A stretch of DNA of 64,000 nucleotides. Source: Eledone cirrhosa. Taxonomy: Eukaryota. Below are positions 25,160-46,030 of this stretch, piece by piece. The notes beneath the pieces were generated by a model. That model was not told where the DNA came from. It saw nothing but the letters and a program-made list of their open reading frames with translations, and did not search any database. Every line of letters starts with the position of its first letter. Positions within the stretch are counted from its first letter, which is position 1. The position numbers and the translations under genes are program-made. The stretch spans positions 43,524,001-43,588,000 of the forward strand of contig OZ024742.1 in NCBI GenBank assembly GCA_964016885.1. The letters run 5' to 3'.

Positions 25160-25342
25160 CGGTGGATTGGCAGTATCGGTAGAGGGTCGGACGCCTTGCT
25201 TTCCAGCATAGTTACGTCCCTTTACGATCTGAGTTCAAATCCCGCCGAGGTTGACTTTGCCTTTCATCCTTACGGAGTCGATAAAATAAAGTACCAGTAA
25301 TGCACTGGGTATTTGCTGGCCTTGTGCCTAAAGTAGAAACAA
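25160..25342 (+). mobile_element. Young full-length tRNA-derived SINE with target-site duplication
   Basis: cggtggattggcagtatcggtagagggtcggacg...gagttcaaatcccgccgagg...gtagaaacaa, flanked on both sides by tatatatatacatccc. Confidence 0.9.
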
Positions 25343-26137
25343 TATATATATACATCCCTATATCTAATAATATGTTGATATCTTGGTTGAAGAATAATTA
25401 GTACATTTACACCCAATTATACATATGTATAAATTTTATCCGTAACATATTATTTTATTTTATTTTATTTTTATCTTCGTCGGTATTATTTACCTTATAC
25501 ATACTGACTCATTAATATATACCTATATACATAATAGTTATTCAAATATTTATAACAATAAGTACTTCAAAAGCTTTACATACCTAATATGTTGAGATAT
25601 TTGTTAAAGTTTAGATTTAGGTAATTAATCAACAGTATAATATTTCATTCTTTACGTGCCAGCTAAATCCTTTAAAATGTTATTCTCACAATTCAGAAGT
25701 TTAGAAATGATAACACACTTATCGAATTTATATAAATAATATATAAATAAATAGCAAATAATCCTGAAATCTGGAGTCTTCACATTAATATAAATAAAAT
25801 ATTTTCAAAGTCTAACCCTTTAACTTTCGCCCCACCCCCACACACACACATACACACTTCATCTTTCCCTCCTTATAAATCTTTTTCCAGTGGCTATCAC
25901 TGGCTGTTATGATTCATGAGACGTTTCCCTAGATATATTATATCGTAGTATCATACAATTTAAAATTTTAGAACACTTTAAGTATGCAACGTTTTTTCTT
26001 ACTCACACACTCTCTAATGAATTCATTACGTTTTCGCACTCTCACACAGATATTATATAAGTAAAATTTTCTATCGGGTAATCACTACCTTGATTAAATC
26101 TTAACCATTTAACATCTCAGGGTATGTCATGTATCAT

Positions 26138-26196
26138 TATATTTTGTCTGATGAGGACGTACTGTTGTACATCCGAAATATGTATAATAAAATGTA
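26138..26196 (+). ncRNA. Minimal type I hammerhead ribozyme
   Basis: Stem I tatattttgt/ataaaatgta, CTGATGA (26148-26154), stem II ggacgtac-tgtt-gtacatcc, GAAA (26175-26178), stem III ta-tg-ta, then TA. Confidence 0.75.
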
Positions 26197-26328
26197 ATTG
26201 ATCAAAAGAACATTTATTTTATTAATACTTATTAATAACTTCTGAAAATTATTACCGTTGAGTGCTTCCAATCTACTGAAAAACTCATTCTTTGACATAA
26301 TCATCGAATATTGTTTAACAACTTAATA

Positions 26329-26387
<59 letters not shown>

Positions 26388-26490
26388 GTGTGTGTTTGTG
26401 TATGTGTATGTATGGATATGTTGATATATATGTGTGTATGTATGTATATGTATATGTATGTGTATTTGTACGTGTATGTATGTGTATGTA

Positions 26491-26529
<39 letters not shown>

Positions 26530-26690
26530 ATATGTATGTATATATATGTGTATGTATATATGTGTGTGTATGTAATTGTGTGTGTGTGCATGTGTTTATT
26601 TTTCCTTTCCTTCTTCCTTTTCCAGCCTCACTTTCATATAGATTATATTTTTGTTTTTAAAATCCAATGTCAATAAATACACCAGGATTT

Positions 26691-26751
26691 TTTCATTCTG
26701 ATGATTGAAAGCAAAATTTGTTTGCTTTCAAGAAACCACTGGTAAATGAAA
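26691..26751 (+). ncRNA. Type I hammerhead ribozyme with intact core and perfect stems
   Basis: Stem I tttcatt/aatgaaa, CTGATGA (26698-26704), 11-bp stem II ttgaaagcaaa/tttgctttcaa, GAAA (26732-26735), stem III cc-act-gg and cleavage triplet GTA (26742-26744). Confidence 0.85.
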
Positions 26752-26850
26752 TAATTGCCTTATGTTGTTTATTACATAACTATTAAGCTCTGTAACCTAC
26801 ATAGAGCACTCTTTTTTCCTGGACCTTTCCGACGGAATTACTTCACATAC

Positions 26851-26881
<31 letters not shown>

Positions 26882-28715
26882 TTCATTGTGAATTGATGCA
26901 CGTTTTTGTTTGTTTGTTATTTTTTTTCTCGCTTTGATCATATATTTTTGTGTGTTATATTTGTGAGGTTGCTAGCAATAGTTAATTGTATTTATTAAAA
27001 TTTTTTACAAAAATATATTTAAACAGCTCAAAATTAGATATTTCAGATATTTGTTTTGTCGATATCTTGCCATCATTTTTCCTGTTCTTAACTTTGTTTT
27101 TTTTTCCAGATAACATAGTGATAACGGGCGCTTATATTGATCATGGAATGCAGCACCTTTAGGCGTTCATATGTTTACGTCTTCAGCAACGGTCGATTAC
27201 TAATCAACCGGTCAGTCACCTCGGACAAATGACGTATCCCAGCCAGCATGCAATCAATTATATCGACTAGCACCTATTTTATTAACTCCAATATTGGCTT
27301 CGGTGAGATTTGACCTTATAATTTATTAAATAGGTATATGTTCGCAAATGTTTATGGCAGACCCCAGAGTGATAATTAGCAACGTCTCGTATCGGCAGGT
27401 TTTGTCGTGTAAAACATACAGATAACAACAATAAAGTAGGTATATCTAAGTTTACTTCTATTTTCTACATACTGCCAGAAAATAAACCACTGTAGGCCTC
27501 CGTGATTGTTTAATTCAACGTGGTTAAACAGAACATGTTTTCTTTCAAACGCTCATTAAGTGCAGTTTTGACTGCAACAGAAATTCACACAGGGATAAGG
27601 TAACACTTTGCAATTGAAAAGGAAAGGAGCTGAATTTCAACTATAATCAAGGAATTAGTTTCCAATGATCTTTCCATTGCTGATACTATCTGCTGGTCGC
27701 AAATATTGGCAGAAGTGTCATTGGTTTTCTGGTGACAGAAGCTTGATTTGTACCCAGAAAGCACACACTTAGAACAGATACTGCAAAGCATCACTTCCAA
27801 CTATAATGATTCTGGCAACCCACCACAGTTAAATTACTATTTTATTTATTGACCATGAAAAGATGAAAGGCAAATTTGACCTCAGCAGAATTTGAACTTA
27901 GAACGTAAAGAACTAGATCAAATACTGCAAAGCATTTTATCTGATGTTCAACTGCTTTTAACAATTCATCAAATGTATACTCCAAAGTTGTTCTTGGTGG
28001 GATTTGAACTTTGAATGCAGAGAGCAAAAGTAAATACCTAGGCATTTAATCTGACCCTGTAAGGACTCTATCATTTTGCTGCCTTTAATTGTTGCATTCA
28101 TAAAAACCAGGATTGAGGTAAAATGTGTTGTAGGGGTAGTTTTGTGCATATGGATGTTTTTAGAAAATCAGTGGTATAATTCATATGCTCTTGAAATACG
28201 AGTTCTTTCAGTTTACAAATGAACATTGTGACAACAGGAGCAATGATAGTGCAGCAGTTAACAGAACAGAATTGTAGAAATCGTTTTAGCAGGAAACAAA
28301 AGGTTATTGAATCCTTTCTGGAAACACTGAATTACACTCCTATGTAGATATTAGCCTTCACTCCTTCCAGAAGCTGACTCAGTTTCAAAACTGGCCCGAG
28401 CATCACTGACTAACAGACTCAAAACTATCAGAGACGTGTTTTCACTTCTCAGTAAATGTACATTCCATTTTATTTTCAATCTTTGTGCAGCAGCTATGAC
28501 TTCAGGTTTCTGTAACATTATTTTCAACTGTATTTTTCTGGGTTTTGGGGGGTTTTTGTTTCACCTAACACATCAGCCCACTAGTCTTTGCCTAAATATC
28601 AATATGGTCAGTTTACTTCAGACTCTCCCTCACCTTTTACCACAAAATTTCATCTCCATACAACCTATACACTTTACACCATACCTGTACTACTTACACA
28701 ACCAAAGAACTAAAA

Positions 28716-28915
28716 TACGAGTGTCAGCTGAAAAGTTTATAGGCTGACAATGAAGGAGTGATGCTAGAGCTGCAAAATCTAGCATGCATTTATTTCAACT
28801 CTTCTTATTAATAACTGCATTGTTTCTTTCTAGGGACTATGTTGAAAAATAAACCTCATTTGGTCATTCCATGAGAGTATTTTGTTCAGCCTCTGAACTT
28901 TTCAGTTGACTCATA
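28716..28915. mobile_element. Tc1/mariner-derived MITE
   Basis: TA-cgagtgtcagctgaaaagtttataggctga...tcagcctctgaacttttcagttgactca-TA, i.e. imperfect ~30-bp TIRs with TA flanks. Confidence 0.7.
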
Positions 28916-29413
28916 CATCCATTAATGAGGTTTACAGTGAGAGTGCAAAGACACAATCATGACAACATATCAATGAAACAGTCTTATACCACACTGCCCC
29001 TTGTCATGAATAAAAGGTAAAGGAGCTGAATGTCAGACCGAACCAAAGAAATTATGTTCCCTTGGTGTTTCTATTACTGATACTATCTGCTAGTCATAAC
29101 GCCTGGCAGAAATGTCACTGCTTTTCAAGTGAAAGGAGGTGGGCTATAAACTTATAAACACCCACCCAGAACAGTCACTACAAATCATCCTAACTGATCC
29201 TTTAACAATTCTGCCAATCCACCACCTCTGAACAGGAGCTATACTAAACAGCTTGTGGCTAGAGCTGGAAATAAATAAATATGGTTTATTAAAGTGTTTG
29301 AGTGATTTGAAATTTGTATTTGGGAGATAGAGTGTATGAATCTCCATAACAAACTTTTTTTCTGTCCCTAAGGGTATTTTACCTAATTTTCTAAAGCTAT
29401 TATTTATTTAAAG

Positions 29414-29594
29414 GCTACCAAACTTTTTTGAAATGCGGAATTCTTTGTGGTTCAGAAACTGTTTGGGGAACCCCAAGGTCTAATACTGTTATATAGTCGT
29501 AATATAAATATACTCTAATACCTTTTTTCATGGAACCACAGACACTCCTTTGTGGAACCCTTGCATTACATGGAACCCACTTTTGGAACCACTG
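29414..29594. mobile_element. hAT (Charlie-like) MITE
   Basis: Ends in ...ttttggaaccactg (CAGTGGTTCC terminus) with repeated ggaaccc motifs. Imperfect 8-bp TSD atttaaag/atttatag. Confidence 0.6.
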
Positions 29595-30892
29595 ATTTAT
29601 AGCAATCAAGTGTTATTACAGTTATTTTCTGTTTGAATTCCTACATTTCAAATTTCAAATCACCTAAGTACTTGGATTAATCATAAGATTTGTTTACTTT
29701 CAGCTCCAGCCGCAACCACTGCTTAGTATAGCTCCTTAAAGTGGACCAAATTTATTGTTAGCCACCCCTTAGCATAAGTGCTGATGCATTTGGCTGGTAT
29801 TCAAGAGTTTTCATAGCAGCTCCAGACTACTTTTTGTGCTTCCCTAAATGGTAAGTTACCTGATTTTCTAAGCTATTATTCACAGTAATTACTGTTATTA
29901 CAGTTATTTTCTGTTTGGATTACCACATTTTCAAATACACACACAAACATATATATAATCATCACCGTTTAACGTCCATTTTCCATGCTAGCATGGGTTA
30001 GACGAGTTGTCCTTTTGTGAGACAAACCATGTCAGATGACCATGTCTTGCTAATACAGAACCATTATGTCTTCCTGACTTCTAAAGGCAATATTTGGTCG
30101 TAATTTTTTTGAAATATTTACTTCTGCATCTGCAGATTGATTTTTCTCAGTTTCAGATGATCTCGCTTAGGATGAAAGCAAAAATTCTTTGCTTAAACTT
30201 TTAATCTGCACTAATAATAAATATTTGCTGTACAGGTTTATATAAACTTATATATGTATATATATATATATATCATCATCGTTTAACGTCCATGTTCCAC
30301 GCTTACATGGGTTTGGACGGGAGTTTTCCCACTTGAGGCAAGAGTGGTTGTCATGCTCGCATAGGACTGTCTGGCGGGTTTTCTACAGCTGGATGCCCTT
30401 CCTAACACCAACCACATTTACAGTGTGGGGCTGGGAGGTTTTTACCGTGTTGCCTACACGGCCACATTACAGCGTGGACTGTGTGTTTTTTGTCGTGACA
30501 CCTACACAACCTCATTTGTTTCGGCACAACCCTTATTGAATCTTTGGATTTTGGTCTTTGTATTTATTATTACTATATATATTATATATAAGGAAAAAAA
30601 AATGAAATCGGAAATGCAACTGGAGTCTTTTTAGGAATATTTATTTGTTTGCTTTACTGGTTTCACAGTTCTTATGCTTTTCAAAAGTAGAATTGAGATG
30701 GAGTGTTTGTATATATATATATATGTATATATATAAAATGTAGGATGTCAGATGTAGAAATAACTGCAAATACAGTTGGTTGCTATAAATAATAGTTTAG
30801 AAAATCAGGTAAAATACTCCTATGGATGGCAAAAAGTGGCCAGCAGCTGTTACAAAGAAGCAAACATACTGGTGACTGCTCTAACTATTGAG

Positions 30893-31091
30893 TTAAACCA
30901 GCCATATCTGGCCAGAATTCTCTCACCTCCTTCTGTCCAAACTGGCTGCTCATACTTATGTTAAGTTATTGTTCTCAAAATAAATAATATCAAAATCTCA
31001 TAGATTCGATATTATGTGAGATAATTATGTAAGATAAAGCTTTTACTGTGAAAATACAATAGTAAATATAATGTAGATGCTGAAGGGTTAA
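30893..31091. mobile_element. piggyBac-type MITE (one end truncated)
   Basis: Homologous to 62457-62672 and ends in ...gaagggTTAA. Confidence 0.7.
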
Positions 31092-32004
31092 ATGACCTTT
31101 GACAATTTCTGTCAAAATTAGAAAGCTAATTCATACAGCTTTTAAATATAAACTACATTGTATGTAAAGCATCGAACTTTTGAAGTGTTGAGTCATTATG
31201 AAGTTCAGAGAAAATGTAGGAACTCAGACATAGAAATTGCCATTGAGCTAAATGTAGCTTTCTAATTCAAACACAGTATGTAAACAACTGGAACAAATAC
31301 TGCAAGGCATTTTGTCTGATAATCTGCTGATTCTGCCATCAAACCACCTTTCTTTGGACTAAATAGCAAAAAAAAAAGCAGAAAAATAAAAAAAAGGAGT
31401 TGATCAGACCAAGGATACTATATGTTCATTGATGTTCCTGTTGCTGATACAATCTGCTAGTCACAACTCCTAAGAGAAGGAATTGTGATATGAACCCAGA
31501 ACGCAGAGAGCTGGATCAGATACCACAATACATCATAATCTGGCTCTTTAACAATTCTGTCAATCTACCATGACAGAACTGTTACTTTATTTACAGTCCC
31601 AAAAAGAGGAAAGACAAAGTTGACCTCGGTGATATTTGAACTTGGAGTGCAAAGAACCAGAACAAATACTACTAAAATATCAAACAAATAAAATTAGACA
31701 ATATTAAGAAATCAATAATTGCAATAATAGAAAAGAAACTACACAAGTATTTATATAAATTTAATTAAGAAAAAAATCTTAACAATTTATTACAATCAAT
31801 TTTTGTGTCATTAAATTAAAAAAATTTCAATTTGTTTATTTTTTATTCTTTTTGCCAACAGAAATTAATTTTGAAGAAATAAAAACAATATAAAAAAACA
31901 ACAACAATAACAACAAATTATAAATAAATAAATATTAAAAAAAGAAGAAAAAAAGAACCGGGGAGGAATGGGTGGTATATTCAACAAGGTTGAAAATTTT
32001 GGGT

Positions 32005-39856
<7,852 letters not shown>

Positions 39857-40350
39857 GATGATAATGATGATGATGAAAGTACTCAATACTAGCCGTGGAG
39901 TCAAATTCATTATGCATTTTGAGTTAGGTGGATCTTCAAGAAGTTGTGAGAGAGCTCTATATTTGTTGAAGGACTCTATATTTAATTTATAGCAATATTA
40001 CAGAGCATGTTAAGATTACCTGGAGGTGTTAATAAAAACACAATGAGGGCTAAGGAAATGTGATTTTAGACACGGAGCATCAGTTAACTCCATTAAAGTT
40101 TTTTTTATATTTGAACCCAGCAGGTAACCTGAAGAAACGTAACTATATATATACGTATATATATATATCAGGATAGAATGTGTTAGACCATTATTCAACA
40201 GTGTATTCAATACTTAAGATAGTAGAATATAGCTATATTAGAAAGAGTTGTGGCCCAACGGCTAAGCTCATGCCATTTCAATGGATATTTCCAGTCTGGA
40301 ACTAGTTGTTGAAATGGCAAGATCTCAGCTGTCAGGCACTAACTCTTTAA

Positions 40351-40430
<80 letters not shown>

Positions 40431-41596
40431 AGATTCAAGTCACTTTAGAAATAAAAGGAGAGAAATACGTCTTCACTCCTATTGAGATCGAAGAAAAGAA
40501 AGTGCATGCCATGGAGTACGCTGGAGTAAAATGACGACGGTAGACACTACCAATGGGCAACTATGGTGCAAACCTCAGTCGTTATCTGGACATTGTTCTC
40601 CAAGAGAATAACTGAGTTGAGGATTGTACCTGATAGTTTAACATATGCCAAGGAAGGTGGGGTTTATAAAGTCATAAACGTTGTGACATATGAGATAGGA
40701 GCTTCGTACAAGACTTTCTGTGAGGGCTTGGGCTGGTCACAATCAACTCAAAATTCTCTCGCACAATCCATGGGAGGGTAGCTATAAAGTTAATCCAAGC
40801 AAATACATCAATAAATGGGTTAATGCTTTCAAGAGAGCTTTTTGGCACTTAGGCTGTATAGAGCCACTTGCAGATCTATTGAAAAATTCTCAACTCAATG
40901 ATGTGAAGAGTGTGATAGTTCTCTAGTAAAGATCACAGGACTAGTGTCTTTGAGGATCCAGCACCGAATTGCTCTAATGACATTCGGAATATTGTTGACA
41001 AGAACTATAAATATGGATTTCTCGGGTGCAGATTCTGTTAAACTCACTTGTTCACTATTTGATTCCTGCACATTCAAAGGCACTGCTGTAAACAAGGGCT
41101 TAGTGGCTGAAATGATGTACCATGGAACCTTTGGAACTACATACAAAGATTTTGGTATTCTCAAGGTTGTGACTAACTACAAGACATGGCACAAAAGAGA
41201 ACATTTCACTGACTTACTCAATAAATTCAAGAACAGTGATTTCAGTGGTGAATGGATGCAGACAGACTCTATAAAGAATATATAAGTGACCAAGTTAGCG
41301 AGTGCTAATTTGTCGGAACTATTGGCCATTAGTGTCAACCCTGAAAGCTGAAATGGTGTGTTCACTGGCTTCAGGCAGTGCATCATAACAAACTCTATGC
41401 TAGAGAGACAGAAAAATAATTCCAGCATCATATCAAGTACCATGGATGCACTAAGTGTTCAAAGAGCATTAGATGCAACTACAGCATGGTTGAGAAGACA
41501 CGGATGGGCACCATAAAATGGATTGAAGTTGCCACTGGAATAGAAACAGTCTTGTGCCTGGATGAAGAAAGATAGTTCTTCCATATCAGCATGTAA
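40431..41596 (+). pseudogene. Endogenous viral element: orthomyxovirus (Quaranjavirus-like) nucleoprotein, disrupted by stops and frameshifts
   Basis: Successive frames give LFSKRITELRI...YEIG...CEGLGWSQSTQNSLAQSMG / KYINKWVNAFKRAFWHL / RIQHRI...MDFSGADSV...EMMYHGTFGTTYKDFGILKVVTNYKTWHKREHF / KLASANLS...VFTGFR / GTIKW. These motifs are collinear with quaranjavirus NP as recalled; no search was run. Confidence 0.75.
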
Positions 41597-41708
41597 GGAA
41601 GCCCAACAAATCAACACCAATAACCCCGAAAACTGATCAATCATTTCTATATTCTCCCTCATGGATATGTTGTACGATTAATAAATGCATCTAGATTTTA
41701 ATATTGAG

Positions 41709-41745
<37 letters not shown>

Positions 41746-41828
41746 AATAACTAGGGTTCTTATATATTTGATATATATTTATCCTTATCAAGCCCTCTTT
41801 GGATTTTAGTCTTCGCATTTATTATTAT

Positions 41829-41863
<35 letters not shown>

Positions 41864-42019
41864 TGTGAAATAAATAACAAGTTTTTCATAACAATATTAT
41901 TTCAAACATAAAATAGAAACAATATAATTTTGGTCAGAAAAATGGAACATTCTTTTTACAATTTGGAAAAATAATTAAATCATAATAATGATCATGATCA
42001 TGATCATGATGATAATAAT

Positions 42020-42775
42020 AATAATGGTTTCTGATTTAGACACAAGGCCAACAATTTTGGAGGAAGAGAAAGTCGATTAAATCAACCTCAATGCATTACT
42101 GGTACTTTATTTTATTGACCCCAAAAGGATGAAAGGCAAACTTGACATTTGAGATATTTGAAATCAGAACATAAAGGGCCATAACTAAATACTGCCAGGT
42201 ATTTTGTCTGACACTTTAATGATTCTGTTAATCTTCCAGCAATTGTAATAATAATTGTTTCTACTTTAGGCACAAGGCCAGCAATTACCCAGTGCATTAC
42301 TGGTACTTTATTTTATCGACCCCGTAAGGATGAAAGGCAAAGTCAACCTCGGCGGGATTTGAACTCAGATCGTAAAGGGACGTAACTATGCTGGAAAGCA
42401 TGGCATCCGACCCTCTACCGATACTGCCAATCCACCGCCTATTGTAATAATAATGGTTTCTGATTTAGGGACAAGGTCAACAATTTGTTGGGAAGAGAAA
42501 TCGATTAATCGACCCCAGTGCATTACTGGTGCTTTATTTTATTGACTCCGTAAGGATGGAAGGCAAAGCTAACCTTGGCTGGATAAAGAACATAAAGCAC
42601 TGTAACTCTATGCCGCAAAGCATGTTATCTGATGCTCTACCGATACTGCCAATAATTTGGGCAGTGTTAATTTATATAGACCTGGTACTATATTTTATTG
42701 ATACTTTCAGAAGAATGAAAGACTAAGTTTAACTCGGTGGGATTTGAACTCAGAATGTAAAGGGACATAATTAAG
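42020..42775 (-). mobile_element. Head-to-tail cluster of ~4 SINE copies
   Basis: Repeated SINE bodies separated by (aat)n. The copy at 42253-42440 is young. Confidence 0.85.
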
Positions 42776-43239
42776 TAATATAATAATGATAAAAATAAAA
42801 ACAATTATTTTTTTAATTATTCAAAAGAAAATGTATCCATTTGTTGTTGTTTTTTTTTATCCAAAATACAAAATACTGTGATTGAAATGTTAGAATTCAT
42901 GGTTAAAGTGTTTGTAACAATTTAAAAAAAAATTGTTTATTAATTATTATTATTACATCAATAGTTTCTTGTGACTCACATAGTCCATCTCTGAGATTCT
43001 GTGTATAGCATAGTACATTCTAATGGGGGAGTATAAACTCCTTCTGTTAATGTACTATATCAATTTTGTTTTGTTATGTGAGCTATATATAATGTGAGTT
43101 ATGATATTGTATTGGATATTAATCTTATAGAGTATATTTTATATGAGATGTGTTGTTTTATTTTATTAGATATTTATTGTATATGGTGTGTGTTGTATGT
43201 GAAGATTGTTCTATTAGAGTGGTGCTACTGAATTGATAA

Positions 43240-43930
43240 TATCTCATGCAGGATGTGAGCTGTTCCTAGCAGAGTTATTTTTGGGACAGTCTGTAACATT
43301 GTAGATGCTGGTAGGGTTTCTATTTTTCTTTTATCATACCTGATACTCCATTTATAATATTTTGGTCAGAAGGGAGTGGAATGTCTATCAGTATGCATTT
43401 TTTTTTCCATCCTAGTCTTGATTGTTTTCCTTTATCTCTTTGCCAGCTTGCATAGATATATCTTAGATAAGTGTGGTCAAGTTGTTTGCAAGTACCATGT
43501 TTGGTACATGTTTATACCATTTCTCGTCTGTTCCACATCAAAGTTCTGACATATTGCCCAGTAGATATAGCTGTCAACATGATTATGTCTATATATTCTA
43601 ACTTGACAAGGACTTGGCAGCTGTTTCACGGTGCTGGCTGTACATCCTACAATTGGTGTTAGGATCCATTTTAATTATTTGGTTCTTTTAGTCCTTTCTA
43701 CTTTTAGTCCAAAGATTTTGAGCCATTGTTGACTTTCACTTTGGCTTCTTTCTTTTCTTTCAAGACTTGCAAGGTAATGTTTGTGGAGTGGTTTTTCTCT
43801 CCTTTTCTTCTTTGGTACATATTGTAATTCAATTTTCATGTTGATGTTTCTCTTTTTAACTATTTTTGTTGTGTTGTTACTGCAATTTGTTGTTTCAATG
43901 TAACTTGTTTCTGTTTTGTATTTTATCATT
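43240..43930 (-). mobile_element. Degenerate Dong/R4-like LINE 3' fragment
   Basis: KPLH...SQQWLKIFGLK and a degenerate ILIDI.(T)P / LLGTAHIL-type C-terminus. Confidence 0.6.
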
Positions 43931-44849
43931 TCTTTAACTTTATTATTATTATCATCATCATTTACACATGTGGATAATTCTGCTGGTTTTGTTAACTGAA
44001 CATCAAATCACATCATTAGCTTTCTGGAGGCTCCAGGGTCTTATGTCACCAATAGAGTAATCTCCCCTTAATATATAATGCAGTATCAGGGGAAGCAATT
44101 CATACAAATTTCAAGTGTGCTAAAGGCTGGATATTCACTCCACATCTTAAGGTTCTAGCTTTTCATAGTGTCACAGAATTTATTGTTCTGTTCATTATTA
44201 TTAATACTTGTGAATTCACACCTGTTTATGGATGATTAACCCAAAATGTTTTACATGTTTTATATTATATCTTGCATTAATCATTGTGTATTATAATTTT
44301 TATACTTATTTCATGTTTTGATCAAATTAAATATACTTTTTGTATAACAACCTTGCCCCTTCCCTTATTCTTATATAGGTTTGTTTGTCATGCTCACATG
44401 TATTGTAACTCCTATGTTTATTGTATTGTATATGCAAGCCCAATAGCTAATTAAAAAATCATTATTGATGGTTTGCACAGTAAATATGATAATTAATGGA
44501 TCTCAACAAGGACCTTATAGGGTCTTTTCTGAGTGCAGTGCCCAACAGAGCAGCAATTTGTCTTTCCAAGTCTATATGTTCAATATGGTCTCTCAGTTTT
44601 AATGGTACTGCACCCAAAGCTTTGATGTCAACTTGAATTATTAATATTATTATTTATTGTGTATTGTCACTGCATTATTGAACACAACTCTGTGTGCCTT
44701 GTTCTTTATGGTGTGGCTTTTATTGCATTATTATTTGACTATTTATCATGACTAACTTTGATGTTGTTTTAGGCCAATTATTTTAGGGAATACCAGACTA
44801 CAACTAGTAACCTAGGGTAACTCTAACATTTTCATATCATTCCTTGCCA

Positions 44850-46030
44850 TTTTAATATTGCTGGTAGTCTAGAACCTTTCTCAATATTTGGGCTGTTCCT
44901 AGTGGGCATGACTTCTGAAGTGATTCAATTCTTTGTGCAAAGTCTATTTTTGACAAGTAATTTTCAATGTTCTTTGTCACCATACCAAGAGCACCAATTA
45001 CCACTGGGAAAATGGTGACTGTCTTCACTTCATTACTCCAGTATTTCAAGATCTCATATTGTCAAAAGGACATGCTACATCTATGAGGATACAATTTATT
45101 TCCTTCTTCTCAATTACAATAATATCTGATCTATTGTGTTCAATCTTCATTTTGGTCTGAATTAGGAAGTCCCATAAGAGCTTTAACTTATCATTCTCTA
45201 GTATTCTCATCTCATTTGTGATGTCCATAGCTATTTTCTGCACATGGAAATCCTTACTTTTTACACAAACTCCAGTGCAACATGGGAGCCACCTTATCAT
45301 GTCTTCCTTTTTATAATCAGTCTGGGCTAACTGCTTACACTCTGAAATGATATATGCAAATTTCTCTGCTTTCTCCCCACAAATTCTTCATTCAGATTGA
45401 ACATCTTTCTTGTCTATGTTTCTCATTACTTACATTGTTCTTATGACTTGATCTTGTGCTGCTAATATCAGTCAATCTGTTTCTTTCTTAATCAAGCCTT
45501 TCTGTAATAATAACCAAGTATTTTCGTTATCACATACATTTCTTATTTCCTTAAGGAATGCTAAATGCAGGGGCTTTTCATCAAATGCTTTTTTACGCTC
45601 TTCAGCAATCACAGTCTTTGTTTTCTGGGACTCCATTTTTCTCAAATATGCCTTCCCTGACAACCTCTAATATAAGCTTTTCTTTCTTATTTCTTATGTA
45701 TGCTCAGCACCCCCTACCTCCCTCCTTTATTTTCCAATACAGCCTGTCTGCATCACCTGGTGGGTCCACACTTCAATAGATAGTAAACATTTTCCTTGTT
45801 TTATGATCAATTTCCTTCAACTCTACTTTTGACCATTCTGCTCCATACCTAATTAATGAAACAGGCCTGGTGTTTATTGCTTGTCCAGTGTTTCCACCAT
45901 TCAAGCTGGACTTGAGGATTGCCATCAATCTTCGAAAGTACTCTTTTCTGACAATTTCTTTCATTTTTTGGCTTTTTAATTTATGGCTTTGTAGCACACC
46001 TAGCTATGTATATGCCTCATCCATTTACAG
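44850..46030 (-). mobile_element. Dong/R4-clade LINE (end of RT and restriction-like endonuclease), degenerate; a further 3' fragment lies at ~46100-46360
   Basis: KEYFRRLMAILKSSLNGGN..AINT; KPLH; LLWDFLIQT..IEHNRSDIIVIEKK...ILIDVACPFD; PVVIGALG...LQKSCPLGTAQILRKVL. Confidence 0.85.

Noticed and set aside
25160-25245. tRNA-like sequence with A and B boxes
   Set aside because: It is the head of a multi-copy SINE and does not form a complete cloverleaf.
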